Assembly (NCBI RefSeq): GCF_964204645.1
Contig: NC_134025.1
Span: forward strand, 20,187,101 to 20,251,100
From: Tubulanus polymorphus
Taxonomy: Eukaryota; Animalia; Nemertea
DNA: 64,000 nt
Direction: 5' to 3'
The notes below the pieces were generated by a model. It was given only the letters and a program-made list of their open reading frames with translations, was not told the DNA's origin and searched no databases. The position numbers and the translations under genes are program-made. This document shows, in pieces, positions 12,465 to 26,381 of the stretch; the first letter of the stretch is position 1; each line of letters starts with the position of its first letter.

Positions 12465-13819
12465 CTCCTTAAATGAAAATTACATGAGATAATACAGGTG
12501 CAACGTGGACGCCCTGTAATTTTTTTTTTTATATTTCGGAAGGGGAGGGGTGAATTTTCTTAAAAGGGCCATATAGACTAATTTTGTAACATATCTATGT
12601 ACTGAAATGGCACAATGAGCCTTCGCCTGTGCACCATAGTGCTTGCTGATACGTCCATTTAGTTGGACTGAAAGATTCCAGCGTGCATATCAGTATGTAC
12701 TTACTGGGACACACAAACGATTCCTTGGACCTGTGTATGTCAGCGGCACTGGTAACGGTGGTAGGCCTGCATCGGTTGCATGTACAAATTAGGACACTTT
12801 TCGCGACGTCAAAACAAGTCGACGTATCTGCATCGACTTGTCGGTGTATCCTCGCTAGTCGACAAAATTTTGTCGAGTTATCGAGAAGGCTATCGCGATC
12901 TGACGACATGATTTCGGTGACACGGCTTCACAGTCGACATTGGAAAGTTGATTTGTCGAATAAACTTCGTGACATGACGACATTTTTTGTCGACAAGTCG
13001 CAATAAGGTCACGACAAGTCGCCATAAATTTGACGACGCGCCGATATAGAAGACGAAGACACCAGAAATAAGACGACTGAGTTTCAAGTCGTCATAAATA
13101 TATCGACTTGTCGCGAGGAAAATGGTCGAGAAAACGGAATATGTCGTCAAATCGTCAAGATATATCGACATACTCATGTCGACTTGACGCGATATATCGC
13201 GATATATCGACATAAATATGACGACTTGTCGAGTTGGAACGCGACATCTCGAGGCCCCTTATCGCTTCCGTACATATCTCTTACTACATGGAAATGCTTA
13301 ACAATAATGATAATATTAATAATGTAAATAACTTATGAATAAAGTCAATATCATATCAATATGTGCTTTAATAATCGTAATCAACATGTCAGACTATTCA
13401 CTAAAAAGAAATTCTAATCTACCGGTATGTAAAAATTAATCATATTTCATATTGTAAACACCACATTATCGTAAATAATTTTGATAATATTACAAAATAT
13501 ATTTACACATATTACAAAAGACATCAAATAAGTTACAGTAAACTCAGACAAGTACAATTTACACATCGCACGTTTCAAATTATGCGCAGTATGACATATA
13601 TGAGTAAATTATAAGAAGGCACAGTTGTAAAAAAAACATAGTAAAGAGCTCAGTAATTGAATAAAATAAACCACGGAACAATGAAATAATGATGTTTTAC
13701 CAAATCAATTGAGCAATATAGAATATCTATCAGATATCTAATGATATGGTTCATATAATTGATAAAAGTTCATGAAAATTTCTCAGTTATTTCACTCAGC
13801 ACCAATGGTAATTGTCAAC

Positions 13820-15634
13820 TTAACGATTTAACAAACGCATATTCCAACCAACACCACGCAGACATTCTGCCATGTCCTTCCGCCTAGTATTATAATCCAT
13901 GCACAAATTTCTCAAACGATTTTGTAAGTCCACATATTTTGTACGGATGCGCTTTGCCGGGCGTTGGCCAATTCTACGGAAGCGATAAGGGGCCTCGAGA
14001 TGTCGCGTTCCAACTCGACAAGTCGTCATATTTATGTCGACATACCGCGATATATCGCGTCACGTCGACATGAATATGTCGATATATCGTGACGTTTTCA
14101 CGACAAAATTCGCTTTTTCGCCCATTTTCCACCGGACAAACCGTTATTTGAAGACATGTCTAAATGTAAGATGAGGACACCAGTAATATGACGACTGAGT
14201 TTCAAGTCGTCGTGAATATGTCGACTTGTCGCGAGGAAAATGGTCGAGAAAGCGAAATTTGTCGTGAAAACGTCACGATATGACGACATATTCATGTCCA
14301 CTTGACGCGATATATCGCGATATGTCGACATAAATATGGTGACTTGACGAGTTGGAACGCGACAACTCGAGGCCCCTTATCGCTTCCGTACAATTCGATC
14401 TTGTTCAATGATAGCACTAACTGCAGCATTCTCGTGCTGAAATCCCTGAATAGTCCGCCAAATAGAGGGATGACGATGCCCAACAAGATTGAAGAATTTA
14501 TTATTCCAACCTTCACAGAAATTTTTTGTCCGAGCGCAATTATCTAAAGTAGCCTGATGTACATTCTATTTAACAGGAGGGAAACGTGGCGGAATCCGTC
14601 TAAATCTAATAACACCACCAGGGGCACGCACATTACGATAAGTCCCGGTTCCATAAGTTGAGTTAAAATAGTTCAGCAACTCAACAGCCTCGTCAGGAAA
14701 ATTATCCATTAGATATAATAATCCATCTGGAACATCATCTATTGGTAGTCCTTCGATCATACCACAAAACAACTGGAATTCTCCATGTCGCTTGCGTTAG
14801 ATGATAGAAACATCCACGTATTCTCTCCTGTTCATCGCCATCATCGACCGCTGCCTTCACACCTTGTTGTACTGCCATCACAAAATCTACCATAACCATC
14901 TCGGGATCTGGGAAGATGTTCTGTTGCTGACACTTCTCCAGTAACACGCTGATCAGTTCTTGATACGTCTCCTTGGCCTGCGCTGGAGAAATGCGTAGAC
15001 TACCACCCTTATAATATATATCTGTTCAAACAGCGTTGGTGCCATACTAAAGTTACCATCCATGTACCATTTAGTTGACTGGCCTAGTTTTCTGAGACAT
15101 TCATCACTTGCAAAGATAATGATTGGTGACGTGTTGTCGTTGTTATCGTGTAACAGGATACGTTCTCCTTCTCCTTCGTCATCTTCTCGCTGGGAACCAG
15201 TAGTAGCCCAGCGGCCTTCTATGCGTAGTTCATGTAAAGATTGCGGATTTTTTGGTAAGTTCTTCCGTCTGTGTCTTCGATGGTTTGCTTGCAGATGTCT
15301 TGGCAATGATGCCTTTGACTTGTTCAGGGACCTGACCTGAGTAGATCTGAACTGGCTTTGAGTGGGATATCTCAGCAGTTGAATTCATTTTCAACCTGGC
15401 TTTAGCTGTGGCTATTTCTGTATCACTACTACGTACCATGGTTGTGTAGCATACTGACAACTGGATCTGTGTCATTGTGGCTGTGGACATCACGCGTCCC
15501 TTACAACTATCGCTCTTCTTCTTTACACATTCCCATCTTATCTTGTTATTACGCTCGTACTGTTTGGTGTACAAGCAGCCATCCATACATAACTTGTGGC
15601 CTCCTCTTGACGTTTTAATAATTTCTTGTTACAT
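13820..15634 (-). pseudogene. MULE/Mutator transposase with N-terminal FLYWCH finger, multiply disrupted
   Basis: TSRGGHKLCMDGCLYTK..IRWECVKK..CKG; WYMDGNFSMAPTLFEQIY; MVDFVMAV..IRGCFYHLTQA; LLNYFNSTY; frameshifts and a MITE insertion. Confidence 0.85.
13975..14390. mobile_element. IS3EU-type MITE inserted into MULE ORF
   Basis: Same TIRs; 6-bp TSD CAATTC. Confidence 0.85.
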
Positions 15635-15723
15635 GTTTGCTGTAAATATTAACTATGATGATGTTTCCCCAAAAATTGGCCATTTTATACAGTTTCCTAT
15701 AGCTGATAAGTAATCAAAAGCAA

Positions 15724-15947
15724 TGTTAAATTGTTAGACTGTTAAAATATTAAATTGTTAGACTGTTAAAATGTTAAATTGTTAGACTGTAAAAATGATA
15801 AATTGTTAAACTGTAAAAATGTTAAATTGTTAGACTGTTAAAATATTAAATTGTTAGACTGTTAAAATGTTAAATTGTTAGACTGTTAAAATGTTAAATT
15901 GTTAGACTGTTAAAATGATAAATTGTAAAACTGTTAAAATGTTAAAT
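15724..15947. repeat. 24-bp minisatellite
   Basis: About 9 copies of ttaaattgttagactgttaaaatg. Confidence 0.9.
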
Positions 15948-16104
15948 CATCTAACCCCGCTCGTGCCTACGGCGCTCGGGCACCCACTACGTGGGTGCTT
16001 TGCCGTGAACCTGACTTCTTCAATTTTCTAGTATACTTCTTTTTGTAACATCAGAAATTTCTGCGGATTTGGTGAAGGCCCTCTGGAATACCTGGTGTTT
16101 GTAG

Positions 16105-16435
16105 AGTACAGGGTTAAGAGAGTAAGGGTTTAGAAAATTAAGTTTGTATAGAGTATAGGGTTTAGGGTTTAGAAGGTTAGGGTTTAGAGGGTTAAGGTTA
16201 AGAAAATTAAGTGTTTATAGAGTATAGGGTTTAGAGGGTTAGGGTTAAGAGAATTAAGTCTTTATAGAGTATAGGGTTTAGAGGGTTAGGGTTTAGACAT
16301 TTTAGTGTTAAAAGAGTATAGGGTATAGAGATTTAAGTGTTTAGAGAGTTAGGGTTTAGAGAATTAAGTGTTTATAGAGTATAGGGTTTAGAGGGTTAGG
16401 GTTTAGAGAATTAAGTGTTTATAGAGTATAGGGTT
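16105..16435. repeat. TAGGGTT-rich degenerate minisatellite
   Basis: Repeats of agagtatagggtttagagggttagggtt; likely subterminal repeats of a DNA element. Confidence 0.8.
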
Positions 16436-16656
16436 CAAACCTGATGGCATCGAGATTGCCACGGTACGTTCCGTGCTGAGTGTAGCGATGCCATCAGGTT
16501 CGAATCCATGCCGGGGAGGATGCGAAAAACCCTGTTGACGGTAGGCGTCGAGTCGCTCGTCGATATAAGCCAGATATAAGCGATTTTTTTGATTTGGCGA
16601 CTTAACAACTGGAGGTCCCTCGGTATGTTGATAAATAGTATCAGAAATTGAGTCGG

Positions 16657-17000
16657 CACTGACTACAAATTAGTAATATAGTTTTAGAAATGGCCATAAT
16701 TTAAACTTTTAAGTTATCTATCATTATTCTTTCAATTGTGATTGCTGTAATGTTTTTGTAAACGGCCAAGGCTTCATGTTATGTCTGTAATTCACTGCGA
16801 ATATGGAACTACGCAAATGTATGTTTTTGGCCGCTGTACATTCAATCGGGACAGTTCGTGACTAGCTTCACTGCAGCATTATCATTTATTAACATCGCCA
16901 TATCACATCATCTACTTATATTGTGCCTTGAAACCCTAACAGCTGATATAATTGAGATTCATATACAATTTCTAACATTGAAAATTCAAAAGGTGGCCAT
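16657..17000 (+). repeat. Dispersed repeat, second copy at 62608-62970
   Basis: Shared cactgacta..aattagtaat..ttttagaaatggcc..gactagcttcactgc..aacatcgccatatcacatcatc. Confidence 0.7.
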
Positions 17001-17984
17001 GAGTGGGGCTAATACGTCAAGTCGCAAATATTCAAATTCAGGTAGTTTCAGACGCAAACCAAAGTACCAAACGTTTAGCATAGCAGATGACTGGACAGAT
17101 TAGATCTAGAAACGAAATTGGTAGAATTATGAGGTGAGCGGCCCTCTCTATATGATGTTGCTAGCACATTCAAAACAGAATAAGGAGCGCGCTCTGGCTC
17201 GTCGCAATTATTTATTGCCGCAATTAATAATTATTGCGCGGAAAATTTTGAAAAATTGACTTATGATTACGCATTCTAGGAGCATTTCAGAATGCATTTT
17301 AATAGTCAATTATGTTGGGGAGGTAAGAAGGTTGCTACACTGGATTTAGAAATCTAGACACAAAACCGGCTATCTAATATCGTAATGAAACAATGTACAA
17401 GATTGGGATACGCAAAATATCGTAAACAGGATAATCTTGAGCTGCTATATTATGGAAATACTACATGTTTATAATATCAGAGCTATACCAATAAACTATG
17501 TGAAACTATGAAACACACTTTTACAATCAGATATATATAACGATGAGAGATAACTGTAAATTACTCAGACTACTGAATGATACTACCAATGACCAAAGTT
17601 TAAAGCTTAAGAACTTGGCGGACCAAAAACTTCGATACGATGGCTTTTTACTAGACTGGTACCTGGTATATTTGTTAGACCGTCCCGGTGTACAACATCG
17701 TGACGCAGCGGCGTCGATGATGTCTCAACGACGACGACGACGGCACTGGGCTCAGCCTGTTTACACAGAAAACAAAAACAACATAGATAGACCCGTGGTC
17801 GTCAGCGTGACAGGAATTTTATTACACACATTTTGAAATATCCTTGGCAAAATTATTGGTCCGACCATGGCCTTACTGGCCGTACCGGTTCCGCTGGCCC
17901 CGTGTTAAAATATCGATGTCAAATAGAAAATTCAAAGTTTAACATGATGCGCTGCTGCTATAGCCGGCTTGTGCGTTTGAACTG

Positions 17985-19010
17985 AGGGGTACTATGGCCA
18001 GCCTGTCAGCTTTTCATAAAATGGCAAATGATGCATTCTGTGGGTTAAATTTGTCCTACACTCCCAGCTCATAGACTTAGTCAATCCCAGGCTAATATCG
18101 TGTTTTCATAAGTAGCACATACAGCGACTCGATCTGGCAGGAACAAATACCTCAGATAAATCTTTTCCCTTGGTCTTATTGATTTGAATGCGGAATAGAA
18201 TTGAATTTTTTCTAACATTTGCTCAATAAAACAAAATTGAATTGGATTTGCTGTTTTAATTTGTTCAATAAAGTAAAATTGAACTGATTTGATATTTTTT
18301 TTGCAGAATAAAATTTGATTGAATTTGCAGTTTGAACACATGGTTAATTAGCATATCAAGGTCATCCATCCGATTTGAGAAGAGATTTATCCCGGACTTT
18401 GCACACTTGGCAATGATATTTTCTGTAGTGCAAATAAAAATATTCCTCCCAAAAACCAAATCAACTAAAGATTTCACAGAAATCGATATTGAAATACACT
18501 AAATTTTAGATCTTAAAATGAAACCCGGAAGTAAAACGGTAGACGATACCGCGGGTTCACGCGAACACCTGCCGATCTCTGCGGATAATCCAATCATAGA
18601 GGAGTTTTTGCTTTCTGATTGGCTTTTTAAAACAGATATTTTGCGATCAGATTTTCGCGAAAAAGCTCATATAAATTTTAACGAGGCCCTCTCAAAATTT
18701 TGCCTCATAGGGGTTGGAGAATGGATAATGCTCTAACGAATGATTTGTATGAATTATGCTCAGCAGTGAGCCTTTACTCTGGAAACCATGTCTATGGGCG
18801 GCCATCACCGCCAAACATACGTTTAAGTCACCACGTGAAGGATAAACCCATAACGTGAAGGTTAATGTCATGACGCGAAAGATCAACTCACATCATCAAG
18901 GATAAACCTATAATGTCACCAGATGGCAAAGAGCCTTTGCTCTGGAAACCATGTCATTTAAATTCGCTCCGTTTGTATAGTACTAGGCTCAGCCTACGGC
19001 TGCCCTAAAA
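17985..19010 (+). repeat. ~1-kb dispersed non-coding element, inverted copy at 26933-27922
   Basis: ggggtactatggccagcctgtcagc...ctaggctcagcctacggctg matches the reverse complement of the 27-kb copy throughout. Confidence 0.8.
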
Positions 19011-21100
19011 ATGTTCCTGGGAAGGAACTGGTGGATAGTTTCTCGCCCTTTTAAACAGGTGCTACCTGACCCCTCCGTGCAATGATCCGCCAAGGTGCTG
19101 TCGGTACAACCCCAACAAATTTCAAAAACCGTGCGACGGAGAGGTTTCTAAATTTCTCGGATCCTGGCACCCGATCGACCGAACCCCACCTACCCCAGGG
19201 GAGTTTGTGCACTCGTGAATCCTCACTTGCCAAGGTCCAGTTCGGCGCTCCGCGGACTCGTTTCCAACATCGTTCGGGAACTGCTTTACCGTTGTCGGTG
19301 CAAATCCCTTGACGGGTGAAGATGGCGCTCGTTAGGCCATCTTTTGACTGTACGATAGGTGAAATATGCCGCCAAAAATATTGTCGGCGATATTGCGAAG
19401 GGCAACTGAAAATCTACACCTTCAACCTGATTGGGCAATGCAGCTTGGATCTGGGCAATGCAGCTTGGATCTGAGCCTGGTGCTAGTGATATCGTTGCGT
19501 CTAGACGAGCCTGTTCGGTTTTGCCCTCGGACACCGGGGACTTTTTACATACATCTTTATATATAAATCCTGACTTAATATATTAAAGCTAAATCATTGG
19601 GAACAACAAGAAATATTGGAAAGAAAACGGTCAATATTGAATCTCATGATTTCACTTTATTTGCATAGCATACATAGTTCGAAGCATTTTACTGCCTTTT
19701 TAGGCATTCTATTAACAATAGAGGCGAGCGCGTAGTTCAGGGTCAAGACAAGATAAAGCAGCAGGAGAACGAATTCCCTGGTCTCAAATTACAACGTCTC
19801 GACTTCTGTTACGTGTTATCGCCCAAGAGAGATATACATATACATATATAGATACAGATATATTATATATATATTATGATATATTATATCAATTATAAAG
19901 TTTTCCCATTTCCAGAAATAAGTTGTTAAAAAATGTAATAGAATATGATGTAATAGAATATTTATATGATGACGATCTCAGTGCCGACATCACGTTTGAT
20001 CACATATTTACGAGAATGGAGACTTTGTAGTCCATGGCCACATACATATTTTTGAAATATTTTATTTCATCCAAAAGTTTTCAATAGGGTGGGTAGGTAA
20101 TTTTATTTTGTTTCGAAAATAATTATTTGAAATGTCAAAATATCGGGTCTGTCGGGCCCGAGAAACAGGGTTTTCTTTTGGTTTCGCCTTACAAACTTTT
20201 TTCCAGGATTTCCAGAACTACATATAGTACAAATTTTATTTAGATATTGCCTTAGTTAGCCGAGAGATATCCTCATGGCTTACCCCGTTTTGTTCTTTTT
20301 TTTTAAATTTGGGCCCGGAGAAGAACTCAACACGTTTGAAAGAAACTCCGACACGGCAATGAAACCCAGAACGATAAAACGAGTATCGCCTGAATTCCAA
20401 AAAACCGTGAAACTTGAAAAGACCACATTGACAAGGTTTTTTTCAGCCGGGTAATTCATAAAAATAGCTGGCAGTCTAGATCGAAAATGATGACTTCTGC
20501 TTAGTAATTTGAATAAAATATGTGTGGTCTTTGCAAATTTGCCCCTTTCTTAACCTTTAAAATTTATCTTCTTTTTTCGTCGAGTTCAATATCTACGTCA
20601 ACCTCTGAAAAAAAAGTTCATCATATAAACAATAAGTCTTAAAACATCCTCCCTCATTCCTACCTGGCAGGGATCTGGATCTAATGGCATCATGAGACTC
20701 TGTCGCAGCACAAACCCCTGTTGTAGTAGACACATCCTCCCAGGTAGGGATTTGAATCTAATGGCATTGTCACAGTACAAACCCCCTGCCCTAGTAGACA
20801 CATCCTCCCTCAGCAGGGATTTGAACCTGATGACATCATGAGACTCTTGTCACAGTACAAACCTACACTAGATGACATATCCTCCCTCTGCTCGGACTTA
20901 TGACCGGTTTGTTTGGTAAAATATTCAGTTACACTAATATTTGGGATAGAATGCTTCTTCCTATCATCAGAGATTTATCTATTGTCAAATAAATCTCTGA
21001 AAATGGGCAGACATTGAATGCGGAGTAAATAAGATTTCGATAAAGACGATGATGTTTATGAAAAAATGAACGATTGTTTACCCATCTCTTCGACCGTATC

Positions 21101-21288
21101 CTACATGACTGTTGAAATGGCCACCTGGATGGATCGCCCCAATGAATTCACTGTATCATCGGGCGATGCCTGGTGATATCCGTCAGTCGCACCCAACAAG
21201 ATTGAATCCGAAGACGACGATTGGTTCAATAGTGGGGGTGGCTCATAGTCATCTCCGAACTGGAACCGTTTGTCATTCGGATGAAAAC
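21101..21288 (-). CDS. Kinase gene, probable last coding exon
   Basis: ttgatag acceptor, phase 1 matching previous exon; FHPNDKRFQFGDDYEPPP...STVM then TAG. Confidence 0.5.
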
Positions 21289-21792
21289 CTATCAAATAAC
21301 CAAAGCTAGGATGAAGTTATAGGGGAAACACTCAGTTGCTCAAAAGTTGGTTAAAGTTTACCAGTGGATAGTTGACTAAGTGCGACAATTAAAAGTTCAT
21401 TGTAATTACTATGGTATTTTATACGAAATTAGCCAAAACGGTTTTTTGAGTTATCGTGTACACTGGAAGTTCACGTGTTGAAAATAGGTCATAAGTTGGC
21501 CATCTTGAATTGGAGAATTCCCCTGAACAACAGGGCTTATCATCATACTACCATACAATTTTCATGAAATTGGCTCAAAGGTTTTTTGAGTTATCGTGTA
21601 CACGGAAAGTTCATGTGGACGCGGACGCGCCGCTTCAAAAACCAAATCCCCTGTGATTTCTTCTTTTTAAATAATAATAATCTTATAATGAAATAATTTG
21701 GGATAACAAGCAAGCACTTTGCAAAAACTTTGAAGGAACCTAGATTTCATTACTGCACGAAACATTTTGTAAGTTTCAGTGTCGTCCTGTAA

Positions 21793-22062
21793 GGGAGCGT
21801 TCACAAATTACGTACCTCAAAATCTCCCGTTTTTCTGACCCCCTCCCCCTTGTACCACCTTTGTATCAAATTAACTGACCCCCCTCTTAGTTAGGTACCA
21901 TGGCAGCCATGACCACCCCCTCTCCCCATTTATATTGATGCATGGAACACAAATCATAACCAAATATAAATACCTGAATTAAGCAAGTATTGTTGTTTAT
22001 TGATTTTTATGCCCCGGCTCAAATTTAGTTGAGAGGGGGCATATAGATTTAACGTCTGAATA

Positions 22063-22096
<34 letters not shown>

Positions 22097-23686
22097 ACGT
22101 TAACAGCCTAGAGTCGCAATTACTGACCGATTGAACCCTTTTTGAAATTGGGTCGATTCGATTCAAATTATGGCCACCAAGGGGCCGACATGAAAATTGG
22201 TGACCGATTCATTTCAAACTTGGTACACAAGTAGGATATCACTTGGGCCAGAACCCTATTGCTGCAACTGTTGATCAATTTTTAGCCCACTTGGGACTTT
22301 AGTTCCAGCGGGCTATTGCGTTTACGTTTCGTCCGTCCGTCCGTTCGGACCTCCATCCTAGACGGAATCCAGTTATTTTGGGAAGTTTTGAAGACGCTTC
22401 GAGGTAATGTCTTGATATTTGGTTCATACATGTATCTATCCAAGACACATCTTCGGCCAAAAAATGGCCCTGTCAGATTCAAGATGGCCGACTGGCAGCC
22501 ATTGTTGTTCGCCAAAATCAGCACTTTATACACATTTTTGAACTTTTTGAGAGAAATTTTGAATACGCTTAAATCAATTACCTTGATCTTTCGTAAATAT
22601 TTGAATCCCTAAAAGGGCCAATCACCATAAGAAAAATTGGGTCGATCGGACTTAAGATGGCCATCCTATGACCTTTTTAGTGCCCAAAAATGTAAATTTT
22701 GGCCCGAATTCTGAGTCCTGTAGCTTCCTACTGGTTTGCCATTTCTCATTGCAATTTGTGATGGGTATTCTTTAAAAAAGAATCTTTCATACCCGAGACA
22801 GGTACTTTTGATATCATTAGCAGCCATCTTTGTGTCATCAGTACTCATTCGTAGGTGGAAAAATGTGACCACATTATATTGATACTTAAGCATATTTTGT
22901 TATCACAATCGATTGCAAAGTTGCTCATGACATGTTCTATGATTGTGATGAGTTTCAAACCCATTGGTTTTTGTATGTGGCTACCAGGGGGCGTTGAACA
23001 ATACAATAACTTAGTATTTCTTTTGCTACCACAATCAATTGGAAAGTTATAGCACTTGACATGGTCTATAATCGTGGTAAGTTTCAAGGTCATTGGTTTT
23101 TGCATGTGGCCACCAGGCGGCGTTGAACAATGCATTAACTTAGCATTTCCATATTATATTCGTACCTATGCATATTTTGTTACCACAATCAATTGGAAAG
23201 TTGTAGCTCATGACGTGGTCTATGATTGTGGTAAGTTTCAAGGACATAAATCATTATATATGGCCACTAGGGGGCGTTGAATTGTAGAATAACTTAGTTT
23301 TTCCTTATTATTAGAAATTGTTAGATTGTTGAGCATCTGAAACCACTTCCCAAGTGGGCATGGTGTCCCTGGAGCCCTAGTTTACACTTAGTACACATGT
23401 TCTCTAATATTCTTGTAGAAATAATTGTGGCCTCGATATTTCTAACGCATTTACCACAAACCCTGAATTTCAGGCCGGCGGCATTCGTGGCTTACCAGGT
23501 ACTAAAAGCTGTTAAACATCAGTATCGGCTATTCAATTCAGTTTGGTGCATAAAGTACCAATATTGATTAATACCTCCCTCAAAGTACATACCTTTTTTC
23601 TGACACCCCTCCCCCATGTACTACTTTGTACCAAAATTCAGTAACCCCCTTCCCCCAATAGAGGTACGTAATTTGTGCACGCTCCC
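21793..23686. mobile_element. PIF/Harbinger-like MITE carrying nested HINE insertions
   Basis: TIR GGGAGCGTTCACAAATTACGTACCTC...GAGGTACGTAATTTGTGCACGCTCCC with TAA TSD. Confidence 0.75.
22281..23382 (+). mobile_element. HINE copy
   Basis: Same termini and central repeats as 1521-2547. Confidence 0.75.
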
Positions 23687-23771
23687 TAACGCAGTAGTAG
23701 CAATGGAAAGTTATTGCATTATCGGGGAATCCCGGCTTATCGGGGAATCACGCCATGAAATTTTTACTCAC

Positions 23772-23892
23772 CGAGAAGTCGAAAAACAGGATGCTCCTGA
23801 AGCTGGGATGCAAATTTCCGCTTGTAAACCGGACTTATACATTGTGTGAAGAAATCGACCAAATCTGGGACTAATAACTGATCCATGATATC
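23772..23892 (-). CDS. Kinase gene exon (subdomain XI)
   Basis: Translated by hand: DIMDQLLVPDLVDFFTQCISPVYKRKFASQLQEHPVFRLL; ttcag/gtgagt boundaries, phase 0 in, phase 1 out. Confidence 0.75.
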
Positions 23893-24449
23893 CTGAATTT
23901 AAATTCGGTTAATATAAAATGTCTAAGAAACCACGGGCAAAAATTCTACACCAGTGTCAATGAAACTGCAGTCTGGAACCTCCTGCATTTACTATTGCGG
24001 TGTGGAAGTGTGGACAATCGGTTTTTGACAGTCTGCTGATAAAATGTCCAATATCTGGTGGTTGAAGTTCATTTTCTCAGATAAAGTTCTGGACACATGT
24101 GAAGGATCAGTTTTTGAAAAGTCTGCTGATACAATGTCTAATGTCTAGTGTTTTTAGTTCATTTTTCATTTAAAAATGTCTCAGTTGAAGTCCTTAACAC
24201 ATGTGAAGTGTGGGTGATAAGTTTCTGTAAGTGTGCTGATGAAATGTCCAATGTCTGGTGTTCGTAGCTCATTTTCAATTGAAAATGTCTCAAGAAGTAC
24301 TGAATACATACCGGTATGTGAAATGTGGAAGAAAGAATTGACTGTCTTCAAGGGGTGTGCAGGGTGCAAGATGCAGATTGATACATCTATTACATTGTGA
24401 AGTTTCGTAAAACACATCCTAAATTCAACAACATGAGGAATACACTTAC

Positions 24450-24623
24450 CGACAGATTCATACCAGACTCGCAATGATTTCGGATTGTACACGCGTTCAT
24501 CTGTGCGTCAGGATGATTGCGATAAAAATAATAGTACGGCCTTGGGTAACCAAAGACCGCCTTAATCAGGGTTAATCCGAGACTGAACACATCGACCTTC
24601 GTGTTGTAAGGAGCGATGGTAAA
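24450..24623 (-). CDS. Kinase gene exon (subdomain IX-X)
   Basis: FTIAPYNTKVDVFSLGLTLI...; ttccag/gtaagt boundaries. Confidence 0.8.
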
Positions 24624-25153
24624 CTGGAAGAGTAAACGCAAAAAAAATTATGAAACTGGTTACGAATAAATGTAATTATTTCGGTTGCACGCATTTGAGT
24701 CATGGCAAATGACGGAACAGACATATGGATATCCCTAGATGTAGAAGTTTTCACAAAAAACCAGGTAATTTAACATTTTAAAAAAAGAAGACTAATCGAA
24801 AATGAAATTCTTCTAATTTTGCGAGTATTTTGATATTTTTCGAGTAGAAAGCATTGTCAAACAGTAATCATAGTCAGGTCTGCAAAAGAGGATTCCACTG
24901 GCAAGGAAGGATCAACCAGGTGTCACTAATGTGCAGTATAGGACATCAACCACCTGTAAGAATAGAGGATTCCACTTTTGGCTAGTGAGAATTCTTTCCG
25001 AGTCACTAGTGTGTAGTAGGATATCAACCACTGTAGCAAGTGAGGTGTCACCCTGATATAAGTCACATATTTCATAATCATATATATCTACAATTTCATA
25101 TCGAATGGTTCATAATATTTCATATCTCTTACTATATGAAATGCTTAATAATG

Positions 25154-25194
<41 letters not shown>

Positions 25195-25302
25195 CTCTAG
25201 TCAGTGCTCCTCATTAATTAATTTACGTCTCTCAAACATGTCACTAGGTGTTAGTTTGTGAGTCCTGATGTCTACAACTTGTCTGACACCTAGTTCTCAC
25301 AT

Positions 25303-25670
25303 TATGTATGTATGTATGTATGTATGTATGTATGTATGTATGTATGTATGTATGTATGTATGTATGTATGTATGTATGTATGTATGTATGTATGTATGTA
25401 TGTATGTATGTATGTATGTATGTATGTATGTATGTATGTATGTATGTATGTATGTATGTATGTATGTATGTATGTATGTATGTATGTATGTATGTATGTA
25501 TGTATGTATGTATGTATGTATGTATGTATGTATGTATGTATGTATGTATGTATGTATGTATGTATGTATGTATGTATGTATGTATGTATGTATGTATGTA
25601 TGTATGTATGTATGTATGTATGTATGTATGTATGTATGTATGTATGTATGTATGTATGTATGTATGTATG

Positions 25671-25736
<66 letters not shown>
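25303..25736. repeat. Compound microsatellite (TATG)n followed by (TA)n
   Basis: Directly visible; source of spurious MYVC/YIHT ORFs. Confidence 0.98.
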
Positions 25737-25738
<2 letters not shown>

Positions 25739-25758
25739 CCCTGTTGTGTCCACTTTAC

Positions 25759-25880
25759 CTTTTCCGGGGCCAAATAATCATAGGGTACACGAAGCTTGGG
25801 TTCAGCCGGAGAGGTCTCAGCCAAACGAAAGTCAGCAAGTTTGACTTGCTCTCGATTGGGAGATATCAGAATATTCGAAC
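25759..25880 (-). CDS. Kinase gene exon (subdomain VIb-VIII)
   Basis: GSNILISPNREQVKLADFRLAE...YLAPEK; tttcag/gtaaag boundaries. Confidence 0.85.
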
Positions 25881-26381
25881 CTGAAAAACAGCTGATGATG
25901 AAAATGTGATAGTCACCATACATATCAGAATGTTTAAACCTGGGAAACAGCGATGATGACAACCAGCTCATTCTCAATAACAGAGGTCAAAATGATGAAC
26001 TCCAAAATTCTCACATCAATGAAATACCAGAAATATTCACATCTTTTCTCATGATTTTTCCAGATTTTTCATGTCAAGGAAGAATAACTTAAGCGGTTAC
26101 TGATCATAATTTGAACTGATGAAAATGGAATTTCTAAAACTTGATCACAGCTTATGTATAAATTCTGAGCTCCGCAGTTTATGGCATAAAAAGAGGAAGA
26201 TGAATCAAAATATTTTTAGAGACAATTTTCTCGAATCACATTTTACCGATTTTTCATAGGTTTTTTGGGCTGACATATAACTCTCAACATTTTGCTCAAT
26301 CAATTTGTGCCCCCAATAGCTTCAAGGATTCAGTAAAATCGTGATTAACTACTAACAATGATCTTTTAGCAATTGTTTTAC

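Larger units (their letters stand above)
9053..13272 (-). mobile_element. IS3EU-type DNA transposon, 4220 bp, ~475-bp TIRs
   Basis: TIRs 9053-~9527 and ~12797-13272 near-identical; TAC..GTA termini; 6-bp TSD CATATC; encloses an integrase-core DDE ORF. Superfamily name rests on recalled TAY..RTA termini and 6-bp TSD. Confidence 0.75.

Noticed and set aside
7704-14331. Recurrent MSTYRDISRQVD ORFs
   Set aside because: Arise from stop-poor TIR sequence of the IS3EU family on both strands
16105-16435. Interstitial telomere
   Set aside because: TTAGGG units are embedded in a longer degenerate minisatellite, not a pure tract
19030-19570. GC-richer block with short overlapping ORFs
   Set aside because: No recognisable domain or termini; left uncalled
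25244-25977. Long MYVC/YIHT ORFs
   Set aside because: Translations of the (TATG)n(TA)n microsatellite; only 25759-25880 is a real exon
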